Position numbers and translations under genes: made by a program
The notes under the pieces: model-generated
What the model saw: the letters and a program-made list of their open reading frames with translations, nothing else
Databases searched by the model: none
Told to the model about the DNA's origin: nothing
Assembly (NCBI GenBank): GCA_041498975.1
Contig: JBGQJI010000017.1
Span: 1 to 28,562, forward strand
Reading direction: 5' to 3'
Length of the DNA: 28,562 nucleotides
From: Candidatus Methylomirabilis sp.
GTDB taxonomy: Bacteria > Methylomirabilota > Methylomirabilia > Methylomirabilales > Methylomirabilaceae
Shown: in pieces, positions 1 through 9,505 of the stretch
How positions within the stretch are numbered: position 1 is the stretch's first letter
Layout of the letters: the number at the start of each line of letters is the position of its first letter

Positions 1-429
1 GTCAGCGAACCGCTTGGTTGCCCCCATACGGTACAGGACGAGGGCCCCGATCACGCTATTTTGCCAGACGAGTGGGACGGAGATGAGCGACTTCAGGTGA
101 AACGCCTCGATCCATCGCGGCGGGACCAGGGGACTGGTGCAAGGGTTATCCAGGACGATCGGGCTGCGGCGCTCGGTCGTGGCGGCAAGGAGTGGGAGGT
201 GATCAACCCTCAGCCGCGAGGGATCTTCGGGTTGACCCCAGTACAGGTCAAAGTCTTCACCGGACGCTGTCCGGGAGGTCATCGTCGCGACCCGCTCACC
301 TGTCGGATCCCACAAGAAGATCGAGCACGCCTCGCTGCCGCAATGCGCCGCCGTTCGTTGGGCCAGGACTTTCAGCAGCTCCTTGAGGCTCAGCGATGAT
401 GAGACCGTTCGCGAAAGTTCCTGAAACAT
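1..429 (-). CDS. GAF-domain signalling protein, N-terminal part (runs off the window's left edge)
   Basis: Not in the ORF track. My translation from ATG 429-427 is open to base 1: MFQELSRTVSSSLSLKELLKVLAQRTAAHCGSEACSIFLWD...FHLKSLISVPLVWQNSVIGALVLYR. This is the typical GAF pattern (CSIFL, S-x-x-x-VPL, VIGAL). No ATG/GTG/TTG lies upstream in frame before the stop at 643-645. Confidence 0.85.
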   Translation of the reverse strand, partial: MFQELSRTVSSSLSLKELLKVLAQRTAAHCGSEACSIFLWDPTGERVATMTSRTASGEDFDLYWGQPEDPSRLRVDHLPLLAATTERRSPIVLDNPCTSPLVPPRWIEAFHLKSLISVPLVWQNSVIGALVLYRMGATKRFAD

Positions 430-810
430 AGCAAAGCCCCTGGACCCCCGCGCTATCTGAGCGAGGCAGGTATTGGCCCTGCGGGTGGCTGTTCGGTTGC
501 TGGATATTCGACTGCTGGCGACCCTCGCAGAGGGCTCAGCGGGTCGAGGCCGGGGCGGGGGGGATGACGATCCCTCTCTACGGTCATAGGGGCCACAGTC
601 CCGTGGAGCAGAGTGATGGGCAAAAGGGGGTTCATCCCTGGCCTAATCCCGAGGGGAAGACGGCGATCGGCGGAACCTGACGTTCGGGCGACCATTGCGC
701 TCCCTCGGCGACCGGGCCGAAGAGGGACAACCGGTGTGCCTACAAGCACAGGCATCAGCGGGCAAAAGGTGGTGCCTTCTGTTAGCCCCTTTTCAGGAGG
801 TTGTCAAGCA

Positions 811-840
811 AAAACCCCGCTGCTAAAAATCCCGCTGCTA
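811..840. repeat. 15-bp tandem direct repeat in the recA/GAF divergent promoter region
   Basis: AAAACCCCGCTGCTA (811-825) and AAAATCCCGCTGCTA (826-840), 1 mismatch. Confidence 0.9.
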
Positions 841-869
841 TTGACAACGCAGAGCAAATCGCATAGGGT
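841..869 (+). promoter_or_regulatory. putative sigma70 promoter of recA
   Basis: TTGACA 841-846, 17-bp spacer, TAGGGT 864-869. Confidence 0.55.
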
Positions 870-926
870 TGTCGAGGACGATAACTGGCCGTCGATTGCG
901 GCCTTTCTGGCCGCGGAGGGGGACTC

Positions 927-1982
927 ATGGCGGAGAGGGTGGCGGAGCGGGGGGAGCGGAAGGAACGGGAGCGCGCGCTGGACTTGGCCATCGCCCAGAT
1001 CGAAAAGCTGTACGGCAAGGGCTCGATTATGAAGATGGGGACGTCGGGCGCTCTCCTGCCGATTGCGGCGATTTCCACCGGCTCGTTGGAGCTGGACGCT
1101 GCGTTGGGAGTGGGCGGCGTGCCGCGGGGACGGGTCATCGAGATCTTCGGGCCGGAGTCTTCGGGGAAGACGACCCTGGCGCTGCATATCATCGCCGAGG
1201 CGCAGCGGGCAGGTGGCTCGGCCGCGTTTGTGGACGCTGAGCACGCGCTGGATCCGGCCTATGCGAAGTCGCTGGGGGTGAACATCGATGAGGTGTTGAT
1301 TTCTCAGCCTGACACCGGGGAGCAGGGGCTGGAGATCACCGAGGTTCTGGTCCGGAGTGGGGCCATCGATGTAGTGGTGATCGACTCGGTCGCCGCGCTT
1401 GTTCCTCGGGCTGAAATCGACGGGGAGATGGGGGAACCGACGATGGGCCTCCAGGCCCGCCTGATGTCCCAGGCGCTCCGGAAGTTGACGGCGGCCATCA
1501 GCAAATCCAGGACCTGCGTGATCTTCATCAATCAACTCCGCGAGAAGATCGGGGTCATGTTCGGCAACCCCGAGACCACCACCGGAGGCCGGGCCTTGAA
1601 GTTCTATGCGTCCGTCCGGCTCGACATCAGGAGGATTTCGAGCATCAAGGAGGGGGAGCAGATCGTAGGGTCTCGGGTGAAGGTCAAGGTGGTCAAGAAC
1701 AAGGTCGCACCCCCCTTCAAGGAGGCGGAGTTCGACATTATCTACGGCGAGGGGATCTCACGGATCGGCAGCCTGTTGGATCTGGGGGTCGACAACAAGG
1801 TCGTCGAAAAGAGCGGATCCTGGTTTTCCTATGCCGGAGAGCGAATCGGGCAGGGGCGGGAAAACGCCAAGCGCTTCCTCCAGGAGAATCCTGCCCTCAC
1901 CAGCGAGATCGAAGGGAAGGTACGTGCCGCTCTCGGGATAGCCCGCGCGATCGAGACAGAGATGGCGGCCGAGCCGCGTTGA
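927..1982 (+). CDS. recA: recombinase RecA
   Basis: GPESSGKTT Walker [50 protein letters not shown] upstream. Confidence 0.99.
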   Translation: MAERVAERGERKERERALDLAIAQIEKLYGKGSIMKMGTSGALLPIAAISTGSLELDAALGVGGVPRGRVIEIFGPESSGKTTLALHIIAEAQRAGGSAAFVDAEHALDPAYAKSLGVNIDEVLISQPDTGEQGLEITEVLVRSGAIDVVVIDSVAALVPRAEIDGEMGEPTMGLQARLMSQALRKLTAAISKSRTCVIFINQLREKIGVMFGNPETTTGGRALKFYASVRLDIRRISSIKEGEQIVGSRVKVKVVKNKVAPPFKEAEFDIIYGEGISRIGSLLDLGVDNKVVEKSGSWFSYAGERIGQGRENAKRFLQENPALTSEIEGKVRAALGIARAIETEMAAEPR

Positions 1983-2007
1983 CACCTTAAGGGTTGGATG
2001 GTAGCAT
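1979..2007 (+). promoter_or_regulatory. putative promoter for pilT-recX-alaS, overlapping the recA stop
   Basis: TTGACA 1979-1984, 17 bp, extended -10 TG-G-TAGCAT (TAGCAT 2002-2007). Confidence 0.55.
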
Positions 2008-2034
2008 GTGTTATGAAAACAAGGATTCTCAGGG

Positions 2035-3174
2035 ATGCCTGTCGATCTTAACGAACTCCTGAGGCTGGCCGTCCAGCGACAGGCTTCGGACCTGCACCTG
2101 AAAGTCGGAGCCCTGCCTGTTCTTCGGATCGACCACGAACTCGTCCCTCTACAGGATCGACCCCGCCTCGACCTAGCTGACCTGGGGAGTGTTGTCTCCC
2201 TCGTCACCACGGAGCGACAGCGACAGCAGTTTGTCAAGCGCCGCGAATTGGACCTGGGCTATGGCGTTCCTGGGTTGGGGCGGTTTCGGGCCAACCTGTT
2301 TCAGCAGCGGGGCACGCTCGCAATCGCCTTCCGCGTGATCCCCCTTCAGATCCAGACCATTGATGAACTGAATCTTCCGCCGGTCATCGCGACGCTGGCG
2401 ATGGAACCCAGGGGGATGGTGTTGGTCACCGGCACGGCAGGAAGCGGGAAGTCCACAACCCTGGCCGCCATGATCGAACACATGAACAACAACGAAGCCG
2501 GCCATATCCTGACCATCGAGGACCCGATCGAGTTCCTTCACCATGATAAGCGGTGTATGATCAACCAGCGGGAAGTGGGGATTGACACCGGGTCGTTCGC
2601 TGAGGCACTGCGCAGCGCTCTGCGCCAGGATCCAGATGTGATCCTGGTGGGAGAGATGCGCGATTTCGACACGGTCAATACCGCCATTATCGCTGCGGAA
2701 ACGGGCCACCTGGTCATGAGCACCCTGCACACCATCGATGCGGCCGAGACGGTCAACCGCATCATCGCGATTTTTCCGCCCTACCAACAGAAGCAGGTCC
2801 GGCTGCAACTGGCCTCGGTCCTCCGTGGGATCATCTCGATGCGCTTAATCCCGAGGGGGGACGGCAAAGGACGAGTGCCGGCGGTCGAGGTGATGGTAGC
2901 CACCGCCACCATCCGGGAGTGCATCGCCGAACCTGACAAGACGCGAAAGATCGTGGAAGTCATCGCGGCTGGAGGCTCGGAGTACGGGATGCAGACCTTC
3001 GACCAGTCGCTCATGAGCCTGTACCAGCGTGGGCTGGTCGCGTACGAGGAGGCGCTACGGTGGAGCAGCAACCCCAACGACTTCGCCCTCAAGGTTCGAG
3101 GGGTCGAAACCGCGGGGGACCGACCCTGGTCCGCAGAACGCGGCGAGAGCCTGCTCGGCCGCCAGCGGGCGTGA
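2035..3174 (+). CDS. pilT: type IV pilus retraction ATPase, PilT/PilU family
   Basis: ASDLHL, GRFRANLF, GTAGSGKST, TIEDPIEF, ALRQDPDVILVGEMRD, AAETGHLVMSTLHT, GMQTFDQSL. Confidence 0.95.
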   Translation: MPVDLNELLRLAVQRQASDLHLKVGALPVLRIDHELVPLQDRPRLDLADLGSVVSLVTTERQRQQFVKRRELDLGYGVPGLGRFRANLFQQRGTLAIAFRVIPLQIQTIDELNLPPVIATLAMEPRGMVLVTGTAGSGKSTTLAAMIEHMNNNEAGHILTIEDPIEFLHHDKRCMINQREVGIDTGSFAEALRSALRQDPDVILVGEMRDFDTVNTAIIAAETGHLVMSTLHTIDAAETVNRIIAIFPPYQQKQVRLQLASVLRGIISMRLIPRGDGKGRVPAVEVMVATATIRECIAEPDKTRKIVEVIAAGGSEYGMQTFDQSLMSLYQRGLVAYEEALRWSSNPNDFALKVRGVETAGDRPWSAERGESLLGRQRA

Positions 3175-3662
3175 AGGGCAATTCTCCTGGGGCCGCCTAC
3201 CGCGCGGCCACAATCCTGCTGGCCGCTCGGGACAGATCGCGTGTCGAGCTGTTTCGTCTCCTGACCTCCAGAGGATTCACCAGGGCCGACTCAGAGGTCG
3301 CTCTCGACCGTCTGAACGAGGAGGGGTACCTGGACGACCGGCGCTTCGCACACACATGGGCGAGGAGTCGCCTCCGGACAAAGCCGGTGGGGCCGCATCG
3401 GCTGAGGCAGGAGCTGGAAGCGAAAGGCGTTGAGGACGATCTGGTGCGCGAAGTGATACAGGACATCTACGAGGAGGGCGAAGAGGCGGCGGCCCGGCGC
3501 GCGATGGAGCGTAAACTGTCTGGGCGTGGCGATCTTTCCGCTGCCTCCCGGGCTGGCCGGGTGGCGCGGTTTCTCCAGAGGAGAGGGTTTTCAACCGAGG
3601 TAATCCGGCGACTGCTCCGCGAGGGGCAGCAGGTGCGGCGGAGCAACGAATGCAGCGGCTGA
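3171..3662 (+). CDS. recX: regulatory protein RecX
   Basis: LLAARDRS..EL, GYLDDRRFA, GPHRLRQELEAKGV, FLQRRGFS. The GTG start at 3171 overlaps the pilT stop (GTGA); the ORF track's start at 3060 is probably too early. Confidence 0.92.
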   Translation: MKGNSPGAAYRAATILLAARDRSRVELFRLLTSRGFTRADSEVALDRLNEEGYLDDRRFAHTWARSRLRTKPVGPHRLRQELEAKGVEDDLVREVIQDIYEEGEEAAARRAMERKLSGRGDLSAASRAGRVARFLQRRGFSTEVIRRLLREGQQVRRSNECSG

Positions 3663-6307
3663 CAGGCGGGGAGGTCCGCGAGCGCTTCTTGCGCTACTTC
3701 GAGCGGAACGGACATACAGTGGTCGCCAGTTCCTCGCTGGTCCCGGCCGACGATCCGACGTTGCTGTTTACCAACGCCGGGATGGTGCAATTCAAAGGCG
3801 CCTTCCTGGGCACCGATCCCCGACCGTACCGCCGTGCAACCACAGTGCAGAAGTGTCTGCGGGTCAGTGGGAAGCACAACGATCTGGAGAACGTCGGCCG
3901 AACGGCCCGGCACCACACGTTCTTTGAGATGCTCGGCAACTTTTCTTTCGGAGACTATTTCAAGCAGGGGGCGATCGAGTACGGCTGGGAGTTCCTGACC
4001 CGTGAGCTCGGGCTTCCTGCGGGACGGCTCTGGGCGACGATCTACAAAGATGACGATGAGGCGTTCGAGCTGTGGCAGCGGCTTGCTGGTCTGCCATCCG
4101 ATCGAATCGTCCGTCTGGGCGAGAAAGATAATTTCTGGGCAATGGGTGATACCGGACCATGCGGCCCCTGTTCCGAACTGATCATCGACCAGGGGCCGGC
4201 GATCGGCTGCGGGCGTCCAAGCTGTGGAATCGAGTGTGGGTGCGATCGGTATCTGGAGCTCTGGAACTTGGTTTTCATGCAGTACAACCGCGATGCCTCA
4301 GGCGCACTGACACCGCTTCCCAAGCCCAGTATCGACACCGGGGCGGGCCTGGAGCGAATCGCGGCGGTTTGCCAAGGGGTGAAGAGCAACTTCGAGAGCG
4401 ACCTACTTCGACCGCTGATCGCCGCGGTTGAGGAGCTATCCCGCAAGAGGTATGGTGCCGACGAAAAGCACGATGTGTCGATGCGGGTGATCGCCGACCA
4501 TGCCAGGGCGGTCGCCTTCCTGCTGTCCGACGGCGTGTTGCCACACAATGAAGGCCGGGGATACGTGCTGCGCCGGATCCTTCGGCGTGGTCTCCGACAC
4601 GGTCGCCTCCTGGGACTTGATGAACCGTTTCTGGCCACGGTGACCGACAGGGTCGTGGACCTGATGGCGGACGCGTATCCCGACCTGGAGGGAAGCCGCG
4701 CGCATGTTGCCCGCCTGGCCAGGATCGAGGAGGACCGGTTTGGCCACCTGCTCCGCGAAGCGTTGCCTCGACTTCACGATCTGATCCAGAAGGTGAGAGC
4801 GCAAAGCCCGGAACGCGAAGTCCTCCCGGGAAACAAGTTGTTCGAGCTCTACGACACCTACGGGCTTCCGCGAGACCTGATCGATGAGATCGCGGTCGAG
4901 CAATCGATCGAATGTGATTGGGGTGGCTTCGAGGCGGAGCTCAAGCAGCAACAGGAGAAGTCGCGCGCGCACCTGAAAGCCTTCGGGGAGGCGCGGGACG
5001 TCGCGACCGCCTACCAGGAGCTTGCGAAGGCGGTCCAGGCGGTATTTGTGGGGTACGATCGCCTTGAGGGCGAGTCGTCGGTCGTGGCACTCGTGGCCGG
5101 AGGGGTGCCAGTGGAACGAGTCGGCGCGGGCCAGGAGGGCGAAATCGTCCTCGACAAGACCACCTTCTATCCCGAGGCGGGCGGCCAGGTCGGCGACACC
5201 GGCTTGCTCAGAGGGGAGGCTGTCCTGGCAGAGGTGCTGGACACCAAGCGTCCCCTCCCCGGAGTGATCGTTCATCGGGTCCGAGTGAAGCGGGGAGAAA
5301 TGCGGCGTGGCCAGCGGCTCCTGGCCTCGGTGGATGCGGGCCGGCGAGGTACGACGGTGAAGAACCATACCGCAACCCACCTCGTCCATGCCGCCCTCCG
5401 GCAGATCCTGGGGGACCACGTGCGACAAGAAGGTTCCCTGGTTGCTCCGGATCGGTTGCGCTTCGATTTCCGGCACTACGGGCCGCTGACCGGCGCCGAG
5501 ATCGATCGGATCGAGGAGATGGTCAATGAGAAGCTCTGGGCTAACCTGCCAGTTCTCGTCGAGGAGATGCGGTTGGAGGAAGCGCTGGCCAGGGGCGCGC
5601 TTGCGTTTTTCGGCGACAAATATGGCGAGGATGTGCGGGTGGTCAGCGTCCCCGAATTCAGCGTCGAGCTCTGTGGCGGGACACACACGAAAGCCACCGG
5701 CGAGATCGGGCTGTTTAAGATCTCCCACGAAACCGGCATCGCCGCGGGCATCCGGCGGATCGAGGCGTTGACCGGACCGGGCGCCTTTCAGCACCTGAAG
5801 CGAGAGGAGGAGGTCCTCCACGAATCGGCCGATCGGCTGAAGAGCAAGCCGCTGGAGGTTCCGGAGAGGGTCGACCGGCTTTTCGATTCGACCCGCGCCC
5901 TTGAACGGGAAGTCCAGCAACTCCGGGCCAGGATCAGCGCTGAGATCGCAGACGAGCTCCTGAAGGAGGCGACGCAGGTCTCCGGCGTCACGGTCGTGGC
6001 AGGGCGGGCCGAGGGGTTTGATCAGCGCGCGCTGCGGGAACTGGCCGATCAGCTGAAGTCCAGGATCGGCAGCGGCGTCATCGTCCTCGGCACATCCTCG
6101 GATGGCCGGGTGAGTTGGGTGGCGATGGTCACCCCCGATCTCACGTCGAGGCTGCACGCGGGGAAGCTCGTCAAGGAGGTGGCGACCATCACCGGCGGAA
6201 GTGGTGGGGGGCGGGCTGATCTGGCAGAGGCCGGCGGGAAGGAGCCAGAGAAGCTGGACCGGGCGTTGACACAGGTCTCGGAGGTGGTCAGGCGGCTTCT
6301 GAGGTGA
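3650..6307 (+). CDS. alaS: alanine--tRNA ligase
   Basis: DPTLLFTNAGM, RHHTFFEMLGNFSFGDYFK, GPCGPCSE, editing domain NHTATH...ELCGGTH, C-terminal GGGR. Confidence 0.99.
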   Translation: MQRLTGGEVRERFLRYFERNGHTVVASSSLVPADDPTLLFTNAGMVQFKGAFLGTDPRPYRRATTVQKCLRVSGKHNDLENVGRTARHHTFFEMLGNFSFGDYFKQGAIEYGWEFLTRELGLPAGRLWATIYKDDDEAFELWQRLAGLPSDRIVRLGEKDNFWAMGDTGPCGPCSELIIDQGPAIGCGRPSCGIECGCDRYLELWNLVFMQYNRDASGALTPLPKPSIDTGAGLERIAAVCQGVKSNFESDLLRPLIAAVEELSRKRYGADEKHDVSMRVIADHARAVAFLLSDGVLPHNEGRGYVLRRILRRGLRHGRLLGLDEPFLATVTDRVVDLMADAYPDLEGSRAHVARLARIEEDRFGHLLREALPRLHDLIQKVRAQSPEREVLPGNKLFELYDTYGLPRDLIDEIAVEQSIECDWGGFEAELKQQQEKSRAHLKAFGEARDVATAYQELAKAVQAVFVGYDRLEGESSVVALVAGGVPVERVGAGQEGEIVLDKTTFYPEAGGQVGDTGLLRGEAVLAEVLDTKRPLPGVIVHRVRVKRGEMRRGQRLLASVDAGRRGTTVKNHTATHLVHAALRQILGDHVRQEGSLVAPDRLRFDFRHYGPLTGAEIDRIEEMVNEKLWANLPVLVEEMRLEEALARGALAFFGDKYGEDVRVVSVPEFSVELCGGTHTKATGEIGLFKISHETGIAAGIRRIEALTGPGAFQHLKREEEVLHESADRLKSKPLEVPERVDRLFDSTRALEREVQQLRARISAEIADELLKEATQVSGVTVVAGRAEGFDQRALRELADQLKSRIGSGVIVLGTSSDGRVSWVAMVTPDLTSRLHAGKLVKEVATITGGSGGGRADLAEAGGKEPEKLDRALTQVSEVVRRLLR

Positions 6308-6405
6308 CCCCGTCACCCGCCGCATTTCCCTTGCGGACCCCCGCCGGCCATGATATAGATGAAGGTATTCACTGCTAGATCTCCCTTCCGCTTACAGCCC
6401 GGTCG

Positions 6406-7032
6406 ATGATACCGCTCGCCCGTGAGGGTTGGCCATTTATTCTCACACCCCTCATCTTGGCCGCGATCCTGTGGGCGGTGGGGTGGCGAGCAGGGGCGTC
6501 CGGCGCCCTTGCGGTATCCGCGTTGGTGGCCCTCTTCTTCCGGGATCCACCTCGCCACATTCCGAAGGGCGAGGGTCTGATTCTTGCTCCCGCTGATGGC
6601 ACCATCGTCAAGGTGACCCAGTATCTCGGCGACGAGTTGGAAGGGCCGGCCACTCAAATCAGCATCTTCCTGTCGGTTCTCGACGTTCATGTCAACCGTG
6701 CTCCATTTCCTTCGGTCGTCGAGAAGGTCGAATACAGGCCGGGGGCGTTTCGGCTGGCCTGGCAGGATGAGGCGTCCGGCTCCAACGAACAGAATCTCAT
6801 CTTGCTGAAGGCCCCGGAAGGCCGACTGCTGGTGAAACAGATCGCAGGGTTCATCGCCAGACGGATCGTCTGCCGGGTCGTGCCCGGGCAAAAACTCGAG
6901 GCCGGGGAGCGGATCGGCATGATCCGCTTTGGATCGCGCGTCGATCTCATCGTCCCGGCCCGCACGGAACTGTCCGTGAAACCGGGAGCCCATGTCAAGG
7001 GGGGGAGCAGCGTGGTGGGTGCGCTTCGATGA
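6406..7032 (+). CDS. psd: phosphatidylserine decarboxylase proenzyme (short type)
   Basis: FFRDP, APADG, SIFLSVLDVHVNRAP, autocleavage site IRFGSRVD; adjacent to pssA. Confidence 0.95.
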   Translation: MIPLAREGWPFILTPLILAAILWAVGWRAGASGALAVSALVALFFRDPPRHIPKGEGLILAPADGTIVKVTQYLGDELEGPATQISIFLSVLDVHVNRAPFPSVVEKVEYRPGAFRLAWQDEASGSNEQNLILLKAPEGRLLVKQIAGFIARRIVCRVVPGQKLEAGERIGMIRFGSRVDLIVPARTELSVKPGAHVKGGSSVVGALR

Positions 7033-7826
7033 GGCAAGGTCGTCGTCGGGGAGTCTACCTCCTTCCGAGTCTCCTCACAATCGGAAACCTCCTGAGCGGG
7101 GTCTACGCCATCGTCGCCGTCTACAATGACGATTATACGCGCTCAGCGGCGGCCATCCTGGTGGCGCTGATCCTCGATGGCCTCGACGGGGCTGTGGCTC
7201 GGCTCACCAACAGTCAGAGCGATTTCGGTGTGCAGCTTGATTCGTTGTCGGACCTGGTCTCTTTCGGCGTCGCACCGGCCATCCTGTCTTATGCGTGGGC
7301 GATCAAACCGTATAGCCAGATAGGGTGGCTGTTCGGATCGATCATCCCGACCGCGCTTTTCGTCTCGAGTGGCGCGTTCAGGCTCGCCCGCTTCAACGTC
7401 CAGACGCGGAGCCTGGACAAGCGCTACTTCGTCGGCCTTCCGATCCCGGCGGCCGCGGCGGTCATCGCCTCCTTCGTGCTCTTCATGCGGGAGTCGCCAT
7501 CGCTGGTTCTTTTTCAACGCGAACTCCTCTCGCATCGAATCACCTCCGCGCTCATGGTCGTCATCGTCTATGCGCTGTCGTTCTTGATGGTGAGTCGCCT
7601 CCGTTACCGCAGCCTGAAGGGGATCGAAATGAAGAAGCGCCAGCCATTCGCGCTCCTGATCGGCCTGACGCTGGTGGTCTTGCTCATTGCCTCGGAACCC
7701 AGCATGGTGGCCTTTTCGTTCTTCTCTGTTTATGCCCTTTCCGGCATCGTTCGCAGCATCCCCCTGGTCAAGAGGCGAATTCCGGAGGCGATCGAGCACC
7801 CGGCCGGAGGGGAAGGCAGGACGTAA
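7029..7826 (+). CDS. pssA: CDP-diacylglycerol--serine O-phosphatidyltransferase
   Basis: LLPSLLT, DGLDGAVAR..SDFGVQLDSLSDLVSFGVAP, RLARFNV, FVGLPIPAAA; ATGA overlap with psd. Confidence 0.95.
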   Translation: MRQGRRRGVYLLPSLLTIGNLLSGVYAIVAVYNDDYTRSAAAILVALILDGLDGAVARLTNSQSDFGVQLDSLSDLVSFGVAPAILSYAWAIKPYSQIGWLFGSIIPTALFVSSGAFRLARFNVQTRSLDKRYFVGLPIPAAAAVIASFVLFMRESPSLVLFQRELLSHRITSALMVVIVYALSFLMVSRLRYRSLKGIEMKKRQPFALLIGLTLVVLLIASEPSMVAFSFFSVYALSGIVRSIPLVKRRIPEAIEHPAGGEGRT

Positions 7827-7880
7827 TGAAGATCCATGTCGTTGCCGCGCGAACCAGCGGCCATATCACCGGAGGACAGG

Positions 7881-9428
7881 ATGGGTAAGCGGATTGTGAT
7901 CTTCGACACGACCCTCAGAGATGGGGAGCAGGCGCCAGGCTGCAGCATGAATACGAAGGAGAAGTTGGAGATGGCCCGGCAACTGGCGCGCCTGAAGGTG
8001 GACGTCATCGAGGCCGGATTCGCCATCGCATCCGAGGATGATTTCGAGGCCGTTAAGACTATCGCCCAGAACGTCAGGGGCGGCCCAATCATCGCCAGCC
8101 TATGCCGGACCCGCGATATCGATATCGACCGAGCCTGGGAGGCCCTGAAATACGCGGACCGGCCAAGGATCCACACCTTCATCGCCACCTCCGAGATCCA
8201 CATCAAGTACAAGCTGAAATCGACGCAAGAGGAGGTCCTCCAGGCGGCCATTGCGGCCGTGAAGCGGGCCAAGCGGTATACCGAGGAAGTCGAATTCTCC
8301 CCTGAGGACGCCCACCGGAGCGATCAGGATTATCTGTGCAGGGTCGTAGAGGAAGTGATCAAGGCGGGCGCCACCACCATCAACATCCCAGATACGGTCG
8401 GCTATGGCCTGCCCTGGGAGTTCGGGGCGCGGATCAAGAATCTGTTCGATCGGGTGCCCAATATCGACAAGGTGGTGGTGAGCTGCCACTGCCACAACGA
8501 CCTTGGCCTGGCGGTGGCGAACTCGCTGGAGGCGATCAGGAACGGGGCCAGGCAGGTGGAATGCACGATCAACGGAATCGGCGAGCGGGCTGGCAACGCC
8601 TCGCTGGAAGAGATCGTGATGGCGCTCCGCACAAGGAAGGATCTGATCGATTGCGATACCGGAATCAACACGGAGGAGATCTATCGGACCAGCAAGCTCC
8701 TGACCAGCATCATCGGGATCCCGGTCCAGCCCAACAAGGCGATCGTCGGTGCGAACGCCTTCGCCCACGAGGCAGGGATACACCAGCACGGGGTCCTTCA
8801 GAAGCCGCTGACCTACGAGATCATGACCCCTGAATCGGTGGGGGTTCCGCAGAGCCGCCTTGTCCTGGGAAAGCACTCCGGGCGACATGCGTTCAAGAAG
8901 CGGCTGGAGGAGCTTGGTGTGACGCTCTCCGAGGAAGATCTGAACAAAGCGTTTATCCGATTCAAGGCGGTGGCCGACAAGAAGAAAGAGGTGTTCGACG
9001 ATGACCTGCGCGCCATCGTGGAGGAGGAGGTCCTGGCTCCAGGCGAGACCTACGCCCTCGATCATCTACAGTTCACCAGTGGCACCAACCTCGTCCCCAC
9101 CGCCACCATCCGGCTCAAGCGGGAGAATGAGATCCTCCAGGAGTCCGGCTGGGGCGATGGCCCGGTGGATGCGGCCTACAAGGCGATCGATCACATCACG
9201 AAGGTGCAAGGCCGCCTGACCGACTATTCCGTCAGAGCCGTGACCGGGGGAAAGGATGCTGTGGGTGAGGTGGTCTTGAAGCTGGAGGTTGAAGGGCATA
9301 CCGTCATGGGGAAGGGAACCTCTACCGATGTCATCGAGGCCAGTGTGAGGGCCTACCTGAACGCGATTAATAAGATCGTCGGTCGGCACGGGCCGCCCAA
9401 GGACCCGGCAGCCCATCGAGGAGTCTGA
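7881..9428 (+). CDS. leuA: 2-isopropylmalate synthase
   Basis: [48 protein letters not shown]-terminal regulatory domain GDGPVDA. Start set to ATG 7881 after GGAGGA. Confidence 0.95.
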   Translation: MGKRIVIFDTTLRDGEQAPGCSMNTKEKLEMARQLARLKVDVIEAGFAIASEDDFEAVKTIAQNVRGGPIIASLCRTRDIDIDRAWEALKYADRPRIHTFIATSEIHIKYKLKSTQEEVLQAAIAAVKRAKRYTEEVEFSPEDAHRSDQDYLCRVVEEVIKAGATTINIPDTVGYGLPWEFGARIKNLFDRVPNIDKVVVSCHCHNDLGLAVANSLEAIRNGARQVECTINGIGERAGNASLEEIVMALRTRKDLIDCDTGINTEEIYRTSKLLTSIIGIPVQPNKAIVGANAFAHEAGIHQHGVLQKPLTYEIMTPESVGVPQSRLVLGKHSGRHAFKKRLEELGVTLSEEDLNKAFIRFKAVADKKKEVFDDDLRAIVEEEVLAPGETYALDHLQFTSGTNLVPTATIRLKRENEILQESGWGDGPVDAAYKAIDHITKVQGRLTDYSVRAVTGGKDAVGEVVLKLEVEGHTVMGKGTSTDVIEASVRAYLNAINKIVGRHGPPKDPAAHRGV

Positions 9429-9505
9429 TCACACGGGGGACGGCGTCTCTGTCCCGAACTCCGTCCCCGCATACAGGCAGGCAGAGTGAGAGGAAAGGCT
9501 AACGC

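Noticed and set aside
61..399. + strand ORFs 61-399 and 192-386
   Set aside because: They are antisense shadows of the minus-strand GAF gene.
453..755. Pro-rich minus-strand ORF as a gene or frameshifted N-terminus of the GAF protein
   Set aside because: It has low complexity and no family features, and the GAF gene has its own ATG at 429.
4436..6325. 629-aa antisense ORF, and other long antisense ORFs such as 13219-14394, 8100-9065 and 11494-12438
   Set aside because: They mirror well-supported + strand genes, as expected in GC-rich DNA, and show no recognisable motifs.
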